A DNA stretch of 64,000 nt from Octopus sinensis. Taxonomy: Eukaryota. A program made the translations under genes and the position numbers. This document shows positions 38,206-52,222 of this stretch, piece by piece (the stretch's first letter is position 1; the number at the start of each line of letters is the position of its first letter). The notes beneath the pieces are model-generated. The model was not told where the DNA came from. It saw only the letters and a program-made list of their open reading frames with translations, and made no database searches. The stretch spans positions 27,590,001 through 27,654,000 of the forward strand of contig NC_043010.1 of assembly GCF_006345805.1 (NCBI RefSeq), given 5' to 3'.

Positions 38206-39072
38206 GGTGTATATATGTATATATATATGTGTGTGTGTGTGTATGTATATATATATATATAGATATATTTATGTATGTATAAATGTATGTGTGTCTGTGT
38301 GTTCCCAATCATAAGTGTTATACACATCGTCCTCTCAAACATACAATTTAAGCTGTGTATAAACAAGGGGTTTGAATGATTAGGCAAAATGATATAATTT
38401 AGAGTCTATCAATGCACATGCGCGCGCACACACACATACGCACGCACACACATACGCACATATACGCGCACACACACTCACACATGCACAAACACACAGA
38501 TAAAAATATGCGTATGTGTACATTTGTATGCATATTGCACATATATATATATACATATACATATATGTATTTATATATATATATATGTTTGCACGTGTGT
38601 TTGTAGGTATATATATATATATACATACATATGGAGAGACGCAACGCTTAAGTCTGTGTGTGTGTGTAACCTACTCCAGGGTTACAATTTATGTCTGAAG
38701 CTTTTAATACCAATATAATTATGATCCAATATGTACGTTCAAAATTTGACATTAACTGTGTGATTCGAGGTTTTAAATATACATACACACTCTTATATAC
38801 GCACATACTAATATACACGTGCACATGAGCGTTACGCATCTTGATCTTTAATCTAGGAGACAGGAACTCAACCAGAAAGTACTCAATACCTTAAAGACTG
38901 CACAATTAATGATTTTGTAGTCTTTGATGTAACTCGTGAAGTGGTCGAGCAGACTGAGGTGTTGGTTTTAGGAACATGGTTTCGAAACTGATCATTATCC
39001 GTTTTTTTTGTTTTCTTTTTCTTTTTCGTACATGTTTGCCTGAGATGACACAATCACACAAGCAGCAAACTT

Positions 39073-39130
<58 letters not shown>

Positions 39131-39296
39131 CACACACACACACACACACACATAAACCAATATCCTTGGTTATTTCATTGATGCTTCCGAAAACACTTGT
39201 ACTAGAGGCTGCTCTGGGCATAAAAGCGGTGCTGAGGTAGGTGTAATTCGGAACATACTGGGTGAGATAAGAGATGGAACAAACGAATACAAATAA

Positions 39297-39715
39297 GGCG
39301 GCGAGCTGGCAGAAACGTTAGCACGCTGGGCGAAATGCTTAGCAGTATTTCGTCTGCCGCTACGTTCTGAGTTCAAATTCCTCCGAGGTCGACTTTGCCT
39401 TTCATCCTTTCGGAGTCGATTAAATAAGTACCAGTTACGCACTGGGGTCGATATAATCGACTTAATTCGTTTGTCTGTCCTTGTTTGTCCTCTCTGTGTT
39501 TAGCCCCTTGTGGGTAGTAAAGAAATAAGAAACGTTAGCATGGTGGGCAAAATTCTTAGCAGTATTTCGTCTGTCTTTACATTTTGAGTTCAAATTCCGC
39601 CGAGGTCGACTTTCCCTTTCATCCTTTCAGGGTTGATCAATTAAGTACCAGTTGCGTACTAGGGTCGATCTAATTGACTGGCCCCCCTCCCCAAAAGTAT
39701 AGATGAGTAGAAAAA
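39297..39715 (+). mobile_element. Two tandem SINE family A copies (second lacks the first part of the head)
   Basis: Repeated GAAACGTTAGCA...GTCGA..TAAGTACCAGTT. Confidence 0.78.
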
Positions 39716-39930
39716 AAAGTGGGGGGAAGGAATATTTCAGGCGAAGAAATCCGTCAAATTGTTTTCAGTTTTTGCTACTTGGCCATCAGTTTTGCCGGAG
39801 GTGCATAAGTCACTTACATCAAAAGAATGAAAGACAAAGTTGACGTCGGCGGAATTTGACCTCAAAACATAAAGACGGACGATATACTGCTAAACATTCT
39901 GCTCGGTGTACTAACGTTTCCGTTAACCTT

Positions 39931-41320
39931 GACCAGCAGAATATCATAAAAGAGTTAGACCCAGCGTAGAGCTACAAATACCTAGGGATACTTGAAGGGG
40001 ACGGAATTAGGCATTCAGTGATGAAGGAAAGGATCAGGAGAGAATGTTATCGCAGAGTAAGAGCAATACTCAAGACAGAGCTGAATGCGAGAAACAGGGT
40101 CGAAGCGATCAATGCTTTAATCATACCAGTTGTGACTTACAGTTTCAATATCGTTAACTGGTCAATTACTGAAATATCTAATCTTGACAGAAAAATACAA
40201 AAACTGTTGACAATACATAGAATGCACTACCAGATATAGAACGACTTTAGCTGCCAAGAAAAGAGGGAGGCCGTGGACTTTTACAACTGGCAATAACAAT
40301 GAAGATTGCTACAATTGGCCTAGACAACTACCTGAAAAACTGAGGACCGGATGTTAAAACTTGTCTCAAAACATGAAAATAAGAAAGCATCATACTCGGT
40401 AACAAAACAGGCAAAGGAATATATAAGTGAATTCCAAATATATAAGTGAATTTCGGAATTAGACACACAAGAAACAAGCGTAGAAAAAGCTAAGCGCATG
40501 AAAACCCGTGCTAAAACTGCTGCCTTAGATATTCTGAATGATAAATGGCAAGAAAAACCACTAAATGGCAAATACCCAAAGAGAGTGAATAATGCAGATG
40601 TTGACAAAGCCCTGACCCATCAATGGTTAATGACCTCTGGCTTCAAATCTGAAACAGAAGGGTTTATCATAGCAGCTCAAGATCAATGCCTACCTATAAG
40701 GAACTACCAGGCCAACATATTAAAGAACGGCAGTAGCCCAACATGTCGTGTATGTCAACAACAAAATGAAACCATTGATCATGTTGTCTCCAAGTGCAGT
40801 CTTCTAGTGCCCACAGAGTATCTCAACAGGCATGATAGAGCTGCACAATATATTCAGTGGGTAATTTGCAAAAACCTGGACTTACACCATGATAAAAACT
40901 GGTGGGAACACAAACCACCTCCAGTGCTTGAAAATGATTACATCTTACTCCTCTGGAACTTTCCCATTCAAACTGACAGAAAGATAGATGCAAGTAGCAA
41001 AAAGGGGCTGATCGCTACCTAACTCAGATACCAGGAAACCCCAAATTGGCAGAAATTCAAAAGATAGTGCTCATGGGAACTGCTCATATCCTACGAAAAA
41101 TACTTTCTATGTAATCTCAAGTTTTAAAACAAACATAATTTTCGGGGTTTTTTTCGGTTTTTTTTTTTTTAGGCATTCACTTGCACAACACTAAATACAA
41201 AACCAAATATATGGCACACTAGGCATAGCAACATCACGAACTTCCAGCCTGTTGTCTCTTGAGGTCTCTGGGTGAGACTTGGAGCCAACTTGTACAAATA
41301 TAAAGCAAAAGTCAAACATA

Positions 41321-41321
<1 letters not shown>
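39931..41321 (+). mobile_element. R4/Dong-like LINE, 5'-truncated, degenerate
   Basis: YKYLG, RIRRECYRRVRAIL, WQEKPLNGKY, EGFIIAAQDQ, CRVC..ETIDHVVSKC, LLWNFPIQTDR; ends in (AAT)n. Confidence 0.88.
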
Positions 41322-41355
<34 letters not shown>

Positions 41356-41387
41356 GCAACAACAACAACAACAATAATCCTTTTTAT

Positions 41388-41600
41388 TATAGGCTCAAGA
41401 CCAACAATTTCAGAGGCGGGAGGGAAGTCGAGTACATCGATCACGGTTCACGGTGCTCGGCTGGTATTTATCCTATGGATGTCCGGAAGGATGAAAGGCA
41501 AAGTCGAATTCAGCGGAATTTGAACTCAGAACGTAGTAACGGGTGAAATGTTGCTAAATATTTTGCTCGGCGTGCAAACGATTCTGCCAGCTGGTCGCCT
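41388..41600 (-). mobile_element. SINE family A
   Basis: Reverse complement of consensus; further partial copies at ~42325-42630. Confidence 0.7.
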
Positions 41601-42756
41601 GACAGAAATCATACTAGAGGGGCGAAGCGGCGTGCGACTAAAGCAGTGAGTTTGAGAAGCCAATGCCGAGGAGCAGTTTATTTTTCTTTTATTTGCTGCG
41701 TATGGAGGAAGGAACAGGGCTCACAGCGCTTGAAGGCTTCCCGAGATTAGCGAGATTGATGCCGTATGGAGTATATTCCATGAGCAGGGAGTGTGCTCCA
41801 GAAGAGGGAGAAGAGGATGTTTGATGGAAAAAGGGGGAATGGCGTTTAATGCGAGGAGAGTGGGATGAACGCAACAAGAATGAGAAGAAGTGGAGAGAGG
41901 AGTTGGCTGAGAGTTTCTGAGCGGTGGACATGTGAGACCAATCAGATCCAAGGCATAAAGGCTATTATAGTAGTGATAGAATAGACAGAGAGAGAGAGAG
42001 AACAGCTCGACAATGGACCAGAGGCTGGAGTATGTCTGTCAATGATAGAATGCCAATTAATTGAGGAAGACAAATGAGTGAAGAATGCTATCATTCTAAA
42101 TGTTATAAGAAATACATTCAGCTGGGTTGTGACTCTTCTTCAAAGCGTTGTACGACATACTTCTATATTCGATGATAGAGGATGTATGATACTGATAATC
42201 ATTATTTGCTCTGGTACCAACGGTTTCCTACTAACAGAGATCATCATTTTTTCATATGGGATTGAATGGCGTTGCCCCATTAATGCTTTAGATGTGCAAA
42301 ACTAGATTACGTATAGTGTGATAGATTGGTTTCAAATTTTGGCCCAAGGCCAGCGATTTTAGAGGAGTGGCTAAGTCGATTACATTGATCGCAATATTTG
42401 ACTGGTACTTAAGCCGAAATAAATGCCGCTAAGAATTTTGTCCGGCATGGTAACGAATTTGCTAACTCGTCGCCTTATTCTTTTTACTATAGGTACAAGG
42501 CCTGAAAAGTTGGTAGGTGTTTGCTAGTCGATTATACGGACCCCAGTGCTCAACTGGTACTTATTTCCACGACCCTGAAAGGATGAAAGGCAAAGTCGAC
42601 TCCGGCGGAATTGAAAGTCAGAACGTATATTGCATGAGATATAACCATGACCGTAGGAAACACCACTGATAATGTATTGAGGTGCATCGCAGATTGATGT
42701 ATGGCGTTTTTTACGGTTTTATATTCCATGTTCAAATGCCGTGAAAGTTGATACTA

Positions 42757-42889
42757 TACGGCTGTGTGGTAAGAAGCTCGCTTCCTAACCACATGGTTTG
42801 GGCAAGTGTCTTCTATTATAGCCTCGGGCCGACCAAAGCTTTGTGAGTGGATTCGGTAGACAGATACCTAAAGAAGCGCGTCGTGTATA

Positions 42890-42926
<37 letters not shown>

Positions 42927-43125
42927 CACGGAATTTTGTCAGTGAACAGGTCGCGGTCTCAAAGCGACGAAAATATTTTGACAAATTAAATTTAAATGTT
43001 GAAGTGAATATAACGGTTTTTGTTTGTTTCTTAAATGGCTTATAAACATCTTCCACGCTGCAATTGTTTTCGTTCCAGCACACGATCTCAGATCAGGTCA
43101 CTTGCTATCCAAGTACATCTCCGTA

Positions 43126-43161
<36 letters not shown>

Positions 43162-43385
43162 ATGTATATGTATATGTATATGTATATATTTGTGTGTCTG
43201 CGTTTGCCCCCCCCCCCCGCTTGACAACCGATGTTGGTGTGTTTATGTCCCCGTAACTTAGCGGTTCGGCAATAAGTACTAGGCTTACAAAGAATAGGCC
43301 CTGGGGTCGATTTGTTCGACTAAACCCTTATAAGGTGGTGCTCCAGCATAGCCGCAGTCAAATGACTGAAACAAATATAAGAAAA
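42757..43385 (+). mobile_element. SINE family B interrupted in its central (TA)n by the family-4 hammerhead element
   Basis: Head 42757-42885, tail 43190-43385. Confidence 0.8.
42935..42985 (+). ncRNA. Hammerhead family 4 (G3-C8), second copy, in element 42926-43121
   Basis: TTTGTCA-GTGAACA-G-GTCGC ggtctcaaa GCGAC-GAAA-ATAT-TT-TGACAAA. Confidence 0.8.
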
Positions 43386-43969
43386 AAAGAATATACGTGT
43401 GTGTGTGTGTGTGTTGTGTGTGTGTGTGTGTGTGTGTGTGTCTGTGTGCGTGTCTGTGTGTGTGCGTGTCTGTGTCTGTGTCTGTCTGTGTCTGTGTCTA
43501 TGTATGTGTGTGCATATATACGATGCCTATTTAAATATGCAAGGCAACCCGATAAAACAGTGATTATGATTAATAAACTCATTGAGTCAGTAAGATTTAT
43601 AAAGAGATAAAATTATCCCCTTCATATTACGATTAGGGAAGAGGCTATTTATATTTAGATATAAGCAACGGCATGAATGTACCACATAGTCACTGTACAT
43701 TTTGTGTGTGTGTGTGTAAATACACTACATGGTTGTGACGAACTAATAATGCGAACTAATAATTTGATAGATGTAGAAGCAACAGCGTTATCTAATCAAA
43801 TATTTTATGATGTCAAACAAAGAGAACATATTATGATGTTGAACTAATTGGAAAATGAAGCGGAGTGGGGGTGGATGGGGACGCACAAACGACGAATACA
43901 TTGGAACGGAATGTAAATGAAAATATATATTATCATAGAATGAAATTTGAAGTAGATTAAAATGAAGTA

Positions 43970-43980
43970 GAAATAATAAT

Positions 43981-44034
<54 letters not shown>

Positions 44035-44279
44035 CAACAACAACAACAATAATAACAATAATGATAATGTTAATGATAATAATAATAATAATAACAATAA
44101 TAATAACACAACAACAACAATAATAATAATAATAATAATGATAATGTTAATGATGATAATAATAATAACAACAATAATAATAACAACAACAATAATAATA
44201 ATAATGATAATAATAATAATGATAATAATAATAATAATAACAGTAACAATAATAATAACAACAACAATAATAATAACAA

Positions 44280-44330
<51 letters not shown>
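43970..44330. repeat. (AAT)/(AAC)/(GAT) trinucleotide array
   Basis: Direct reading. Confidence 0.95.
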
Positions 44331-45139
44331 GGATCTTTTCTTTTTGAATGGCAGTTTTCAACACAATTTCTAGTTAACTAAACACTTTTAAACTTCGTAT
44401 ACTGGTAGAATGTGTCAAAATAAAACATTTTTTTCTCTTGACTTTCTTGAGAAAATTGTAATTTGTAAGTTTAATGCAGTTTAATTTTTCGAATTTTAAC
44501 CAATCAATGGCCTTTATTGAGCTAAAATCATTTGCTGCGTCTAAAACTGAGACAACATCCTGTCACTAACCCTAACCCTAACCCTAACCCTAAATGTTAG
44601 CCTTTGGTTTTTTTTCCCCATTTTTTTTCTATTAATTTAATTGTTACGCATGTGTCTAAAATTATTCGTTTTGTTTTTAAGTTTTTGTTTTGAGATACAC
44701 GTGTATTGTTTAAACTATTTTCCATTGCTTTCGTTTTAGCCTCTCATTTTTTTTTCTTAATTGTTAAATTAATTTAAGGATAACAATTAAGAGAAAAAAA
44801 AAACGAAAGGCTAAAATGAAAGCAATGGAAAATAATTTAAACAATTAACAAACAAAATAATTCTATAATTTTATACACACGTTTTCCGTACGTACACATA
44901 ACAGTGACAAGATGTTATCTCAGTTTTAGACGCAGCAAATGATTTCAGCTCAATAGAGGCCATTGACTGGTTAAAATTCGAAAAATTAAACTACGTTAAA
45001 CTTACAAATTACAATTTTCTCAAGAAAGCCAAGAGAAAAAAATATTTTATTTTGACACATTCTACCAGTATACGAAGTTTAAAAGTGTTTAGTTAACTGG
45101 AAATTGTGTTGAAAACTGCCGTTCAAAAGGAAAGGATCC
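44331..45139. mobile_element. Fold-back DNA element related to 34879-35705: ~238-bp outer arms, inner hairpin, (CCCTAA)n
   Basis: Termini GGATCTTTTCTTTTTGAATGGCAGTTTT / AAAACTGCCGTTCAAAAGGAAAGGATCC; flanks AATAATAA on both sides. Confidence 0.85.
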
Positions 45140-45152
45140 AATAATAATAATA

Positions 45153-45649
45153 AATGCCCTGGTGCAGTACCAGGCAGTGGCTCTCAAGATGGGCTACAGC
45201 AAATATTCCGCTCAACACCACAGATTTGCTTGTCAGTTGTTTGACCTTAACCAGTTGACCATGTCCCTTAGTGGTTGACAATATGTGCATCTCTGACCAC
45301 TAGCAGAAGTAGAGGGGGAGCATCATAGCCATGTGTTGAGAGGGATTCTTTGGGGTTTGAATAGTTCACCCCTGGAAACATGGGTGTTTCGTTCAACATC
45401 CTTAAGCAACCCTTATTCAGGGACCTTTTGAGCGGGATGGGATATTTGACCAGAAGAAAATTCTAACTGGGCCCCACCTCCATGGTCATGTGCTGTTTAT
45501 CTTGATATGAGATCACCATGTCGCGCACATATGGCTATGATGCATGTGCCTAGTGTACCCTTATCAGACGGGTAGTCATGATGGGTATACTGGACTTCGT
45601 ATATTTTACCGCAGTGTCACTTTGATGGCATGCACTGCTCTCTCACTCA

Positions 45650-45650
<1 letters not shown>
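45153..45650. mobile_element. Unclassified ~500-bp element bounded by (AAT)n
   Basis: Non-repetitive, GC-richer block with a 5' hairpin (CTGGT gcagt ACCAG), sharply bounded by (AAT)n; no coding signature. Confidence 0.4.
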
Positions 45651-45682
<32 letters not shown>

Positions 45683-45685
<3 letters not shown>

Positions 45686-46043
45686 CAATAACAGCAGATG
45701 ACAACGTGTCTATAAAAGAAATGGAGGAACTTTCAAAATACAAAGACTTGGAAATAGAGGTAACTCGAATGTGGAATCTAAAAACAGAAATAATTCCTAT
45801 TATAGTGGACACAATAGGTATGATAAAAAAATTTTCAGACAAATACACAACAAAAACACCAGGACTTACAAATATATATAATATAGAAAAAATTGCACTA
45901 CTGGGCACCGCACACATCCTACGCAAAACAATTTCAATACAGAAAAAACAAGAGCATCACAACAAACCACAGCACATACGCAAGACACACAGAGCTGCGC
46001 TCGGTAGTGAAGTAAAAGCACGCTATAAAAATAAAACTACTGA
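45683..46043 (+). mobile_element. R4/Dong-like LINE 3' fragment (RLE end + 3' UTR)
   Basis: DDNVSIKEMEELSKYKDLEIEVTRMW..IPIIV..ALLGTAHILRK; (AAT)n/(AAC)n on both sides. Confidence 0.85.
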
Positions 46044-46774
46044 ATAACAACAACAACAACAAAAACAACAACAACAACAACAACAACACAACAACAACAA
46101 CAACAACAACAATAATAATAATTCGAACTACAATCAGAAGAATAATAGAATTTACGCTTGTATAGCGAAGTAGAGTTGATAGATTTGTAAAACGTTTAAT
46201 CTTTACAATTAGAGAAGGTCGAAGAACAGATTGTAATAATTTTAACTAAACTAAAATGAAAGCATAAAATAAAAACATGCTGAAGTATAAATTGATGATT
46301 TTAAAGGGAAACTGCACATTACAAATTCAATAATTGAATAAATATAATTAATGGTAGGATGTTAATTGAGTATAAGGTTAAATAAATAATTTAATGAATT
46401 TAATAAACACTTCAATTCTACTCGATTTTAAGTTGTGGGTATATCAGCTACTCTTGTATACACTCCGTGTTTGATCGTTATTGAATTGTAAAGCCATAAT
46501 AATTACAAGACTCATTGCTGTTTATTGAGAGGAAGGGTTGTTGTTAGCGAATGGGGCTTTCGTAATGGAAGAGGATTGTATTATAGAATGTAAATATTAC
46601 AGAGTATAAGAATATATAGATGACCTGCACTAATTTATGCGGTAATTGCATTATAAACTATATCGAAATGTAAGTGGTTGTGAATGTTTTAGTGTTTGCA
46701 AGAGGAGACCAATTCTAAAAGTAGATGAAGTCCCTGAAATTTTTGAAAATAGAATTTCTTAGCATTCTGACATT

Positions 46775-47160
46775 CTCTCTCTACTTGTTTCAGTCATTTG
46801 ACTGCGGCCATGCTGGAGCACCGCCTTTAGTCGAGCAAATCGACCCCAGGACTTATTCTTTGGAAGCCTAGTACTTATTCTATCGGTCACTTTTTCCGAA
46901 CAGCTAGGTTACGGAGGCGTAACCACACCACCATCGGTTGTCAAGCGATGTTGGTGGAAGACACAATATACAAGCATATACATACACATACATATATAGA
47001 TATACATATATACGACGGGCTTCTTTCAGTTTTCCGTTTACCAAATCCACTCACAAGGCTATAGTAGAATTCACTTGCCCAGTGTGCCACGCAGTGGGAA
47101 TGAACCCGGAACCGTGTGACTGGTAAGCAAGCTACTTACCACACAGCCACTCCTGCGCCT
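46775..47160 (-). mobile_element. SINE family B, full length
   Basis: Collinear with other copies. Confidence 0.85.
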
Positions 47161-47210
47161 ACATTGGTACAGTAACAAATCATCTCAATCTAAATATAAG
47201 GTTTTGAGAT

Positions 47211-47640
47211 GGCGGCGAGCTGGCAGAAACGTCAGCGTGCCGGGCGAAATGCTTAGCGGCATTTCGTCTGTATTTACGTTCTGAGTTCAAATTCCACCGA
47301 GGTCGACTTTGCCTGTCATCCTTTCGAGGTCGATAAATTAGGTACCAGTTGCGTACTGGCGTCGATCTAATTGACTGGCCTCTTCCCCAAAAATTTCGGG
47401 CCTGGTGCCCAGAGTAGAAAAGAATATTTAAAGGCGGCGAACTGGCAGAAACGTTAACACGCCGGGCGAAATGCTTAGTAGCATTCCGTCTGTCTTTATG
47501 TTCTGAGTTCAAATTCCGCAGAGATCGACTTTGCCTTTCGTCCTTTCGGGGTCGCTAAATTAAGTCTATCTAATCGACTGGGGTCGATGTAATTGACTGG
47601 GTCCCCTCCCCCAATATTTCGGGCCTTGGGCTTGGATTCG
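47211..47640 (+). mobile_element. Head-to-tail dimer of SINE family A
   Basis: Heads at 47211 and 47432. Confidence 0.82.
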
Positions 47641-47754
47641 TAAATAACGTAAGTTTTTGCGAATGATAGAATTTTACATTTGATATCAACTTCCAAATGT
47701 AAATCGATTGTGATATATCAGCTTTTCTGTTTTGGTTCATGAAAGCTCACAGAT

Positions 47755-48600
47755 CTTTTATCTGCTACTGGCTTCAGTAACTGGATGGTAGCCATGTTGG
47801 AGCATCACCTTCAAGGTTTTTATTCAAATAAATTAACTCCAGTGCTTAAGTCTGGAACTTATTCGATCTGACTCTTTTGACGAACTGCGAACCGTTAAGT
47901 TATGGAGTTATGAATAAACTAACACCGGTTGGCAAACGATAATGAGAGACAAACATTAACACACACACGTATGTATGTATGTGTGTTACGGGTTTCAACA
48001 GTTTCCGTTTCAAATTCTCCTATAAGGCATTGGATGCCACGGGGCTATAGTAGGAGACACTTGCCCAAGGTACTGAGCTGTGAGACTGAACACAAGACCA
48101 CATGGCTGGAAAGCAAGCTTCTTAACCCCACAGCTACTCCTAACGCTTCCAGATATCTGACAATTCCGAAGATCCACCGCCCTTTCGAGACCATTAATCA
48201 GTAAAGGTTAAGAAATTGAAAGATAATATGCAACGATGTCTGGCTAAGAGTTTCACTTTGCAACCACGTAGTTTCCGGTTCTGTGCCACTGCGCGGCGTA
48301 CTGAGCGAGTGGCTCCTGCAATAGCTCCAGGCTAACCAATGAGTGAACATAGTTGGCGGAAAATGTGTGGAATCCCATCGTATATGTATGTGTGTTTTTG
48401 TGTTTGTGTTTGTGGTTGTGTCTATGTAACTGCGTTTGTTGACATCCACATAACGTAACGGTTCGGCTAAAGACACCGATCGAATAAAAACCATATTTTA
48501 GAATAATAAGCATTGGTATAGATTTGTTCGATTCGGCCTATCAAGGCATTGCTCCAGCATGACTGCAGTCTAATGACTGAAACAGGTAAACGAATAAGCG
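47755..48600. mobile_element. Two diverged SINE family B copies (47755-48140 minus; 48230-48600 plus)
   Basis: Head, core and tail motifs in divergent orientation. Confidence 0.65.
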
Positions 48601-48923
48601 AATGAAATTGTTTATTATTAATATGGTAAAAAGATGACGGAAAATATAACATGCCCAAGAGGTAAAAATAAAATAAAATAAATGTGGAGTTGGTATTAGT
48701 TTAAGAAATGGAGAAAAATTGAAGGAATCTTTAACGTTTTGAGAATTCACACTTCATCTGAAAGATAGCGTAGAAATGGAAAGGAAAAAAATGGAGAAAG
48801 AAAATTAGAGAAACAGAAACATATGTGTCCAGCCGTCATGGCATAGGAAACACACATGATGGCTGAGCGCACGTACACTGAAATTTTTGTTCTCTGTTCT
48901 ATTTTCTCCATCTCTATCATATC

Positions 48924-48957
48924 TTTCTGAAGAAGAGTGAATATTCGAAACGTTAAA
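48924..48957 (+). ncRNA. Minimal hammerhead, family-3 architecture
   Basis: TTT-CTGAAGA-A-GAGT gaat ATTC-GAAA-CG-TT-AAA. Confidence 0.65.
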
Positions 48958-50253
48958 AAATTTCCTTCCTTTTATCTTTCTCATTTCCTGAGCGTTAATT
49001 TAATATCAACTCTGTGTTTATTTTTTACCTTGCCACTGCCTGTATTTTTCGTAATATTTACATATGTGATATACGCTCACATGATCATTCCAATTTGATC
49101 CTTCTCACACTGAATTCTCAACCACTATTGGACGATCTTACCCTCTCAAGAACTACCTCTGCACTGGATTTCCAGCTCTGGTTAGATTCTCGCCTTCTCG
49201 AGGACTACCTTCCCAGGATTTCACTGTACACTACTGTTGATTTATTACCTCTGGTTTTAAATCCCCTGCTATACTACATAGCTTTTATTACTAGTGTCTG
49301 GTCACCTTTTAATATTATTCTTCATCACATTAAAAATTTTCTTTTGGATTAGTACTAGTTGGTTTAATTGGCCTACATTTTGAGTTATAAGTAAGGTTTC
49401 TTTGTGGTCATTAAGTGTGAAATACGTCACACACTAAACTAGAAAGTTTAGCCTAATTCCAGGTTCATTTCTGGGTTATATTTTTTTGTTTCCGTGTATG
49501 TATGTATGTATGTATGTATGTATATGCATAAGTCATTTTCTAGTTCTTAATGATGGTCCGTTAAGCGGTTGTAGATGTGCTATTTTCTACTTCATGTAGG
49601 TTATAGAGGTTTTTTTTATTGGAGAAAATAAAGCTATATCTTTGATTACTTTGAAACTCTTAATGTCAGAGATAAGTTTATTTTGAAAGGTGTTAGAAGC
49701 AGACTTGCAGCAGTGTACGTCAGCCATCTTGTTAGAAATCGCTTGTGATTAGTCCTGTCTTTAATGTGTATGAGTGTATGTGTGTATGAGTATGTATCCA
49801 AGTATGTTAATATATGCATATATACATATATGTATGCATACGTGTATGTATGTATGTATGTATGTATGTATGTATGTATGTATGTATGTATGTGTGTGTG
49901 TATGTATGTATGTATGTATGTAGTATGTATGTATGTATGATGTATGTATGTATGTGTGTGAGTATGTATGTTTTCTTTCTCTTTTTTAATTTAGAGCAAA
50001 TTTTGATCGGCCATCTACTTTGGTAGCATGATTGTGAAGGAAAGCGCATCTATTTCCGTTCATCGCTCTTTAAATCTTAAAATCTTACAGATTTTTGTAG
50101 TCCCAGATATCGCTATCATTTGTAGTCTAAGAATTAAGGACTTGCGTTCTCTTCCCGTGAACCCAAGTTCAGCTATAATTTGCTCCAGATGGGTTTGTAT
50201 ATATTCTGTTGCTTCAACAATAATAGGTATGAAATAGAAAGTGCATCTTGGGA

Positions 50254-50286
<33 letters not shown>

Positions 50287-50365
50287 TGTATGTATGTATG
50301 TATGTATGTATGTTTGTTTGTATGTATGTACGAATCTAAGTATATATGCATGTATGTATGTAAAT

Positions 50366-50942
50366 GACGGCAAACTTGCAGAATCGTTAGCAGGTCGGAC
50401 AAAGTGCTTAGCGTCATTTCTTCCGGCTATTTACGTTATGACTTCAAATCTTGCTCTAGTCAACATAACCTTTCATCCCTCCGGGATCGATAGAATTAGG
50501 TACCAATCAAATACTGGGGTCGACTTGATCCTCTCTTTAATCTTTGTTGCCCTTTAACCCTGCAACACGGGCAACGTTACGACCTTTGTCACTTGCAGGC
50601 TAGGGAAAACATTAATAGGCCAATGGAAGGCAAAGTTGATCTCGTTGAGAATTGAACTCAGAACGTACTGAGCTAGACAACTACCGCAAGGCATTTTTTC
50701 CAATACTTTCCCCATTAAACTAGTTTGTCGCCTTCAGGGGCCCCTCATCTAGGCCCAGGATCAGCACTTGAGGCAGGAGGTGTAAGCCGATACTATTTAC
50801 CCCAATAATTGTACTTTATTTTATCAACCCTTCAAGGGATGAAATGGAAAAATTGACCTTGGCAGGATTTGAACCCAGAACGTAAAGGGCTAGAACAAAT
50901 ACCTAAAGGCATTTTTTCCTGACGCGCTAACGTTTCTGCCAA
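50366..50942. mobile_element. Cluster of three diverged SINE family A pieces (+, -, -)
   Basis: Partial head and central-domain matches. Confidence 0.6.
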
Positions 50943-51279
50943 TAACAAAATGGAGTTTACATTCATTTAATTAATTCTTCTGTTTTTCATTATTGTGTTG
51001 GAGAAGTTTTAAACACCGAATTTTATTGAAGATGACAGTTTGCCCACCCCTTTCACTTCTCCCAGCCCCCAGCCCCCAGCCCCATTCCTCTGAGAAACTC
51101 TGGATTAGACGAGGTTCTATGTATGTAACTATATAAAAAGAAACTTGTTGTTTACTTAAATTTTCGGCAGAGTTTAAGCAGTCAAATGAAATTATAAATA
51201 ATATTTATAAAAAGTAAAGCTAAGTATTATTGCGTAGAGAGATTTGACACCATCTGTAGAACAAATAACGGCAAGAAGC

Positions 51280-51350
<71 letters not shown>

Positions 51351-52222
51351 CAACTACAAATGTCTAAATATGTTCGCAGAGAACACCAAACACCATCTGT
51401 AAGAAATTAAATTAACGAGAAGGAGATAAACAATCAAAGTTATTTAAACGAAACATTAAACAAGATGAGGGTAGTTTTAATAAGCCAAACGGTTTTGATA
51501 TTCTGTAGCAAGCATAAATTATTAAGTACAGGGGAAATTCGTTTAATATTAGTTAATAACGCTCGTAGCCAGTAGTAATAATTAATTATAAAAGGAAGTT
51601 TATAACTATTATAATTGTCTGAGTATATTCGGGAGTGTGAAAAGAATGAGGAATTGGATGTTTGTGAAAAGTTGAAGAGATAACAGTCATGTGTTACTTA
51701 TGTTTTAAGAATTTGGTTAGAATAAAAATATGATATTAGGGCATGTAGTGGGTGGAAGATCAGTTTGGCGATAAGAAAGGAAGAGTAGTGGGAGCTAGGA
51801 GAGAAAATTTGGTAGGGAAGCGTAAAATAAAGTTTAGCAAAATTGTCAGAGCAAACATTTGAAATATGTAAAACTTATGTTTTAAACCGGAGTGTGAATA
51901 AACAAGTATGTATAGATGACGTCAAATAGGGGATGTGTAAGGGACTAAGGGAATATAAGTGTATACATACGTACACATATATACACATATATATAAGTAT
52001 AGATGCGTGTGTGTGTGAAACGAAAACAAGAGAATATAAAATATATATAAAGCTGAAAGGGGGATAAAGAAAAAGTAGAATATGAAATGGAATAAACGGT
52101 GGACAATACAGGATGATATTCTAATGATTGCATAGAATTAATGAAGAAATATTTCACTTATAATAAAATGTGATATGCTTCATAACACAGTCAGACTGGT
52201 CGAGAGAAACTAAAACGGTAAA

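Noticed and set aside
41640-42300. Possible I/Nimb-type LINE RT C-terminal remnant on minus
   Set aside because: Needs several frameshifts to align; too weak to call.
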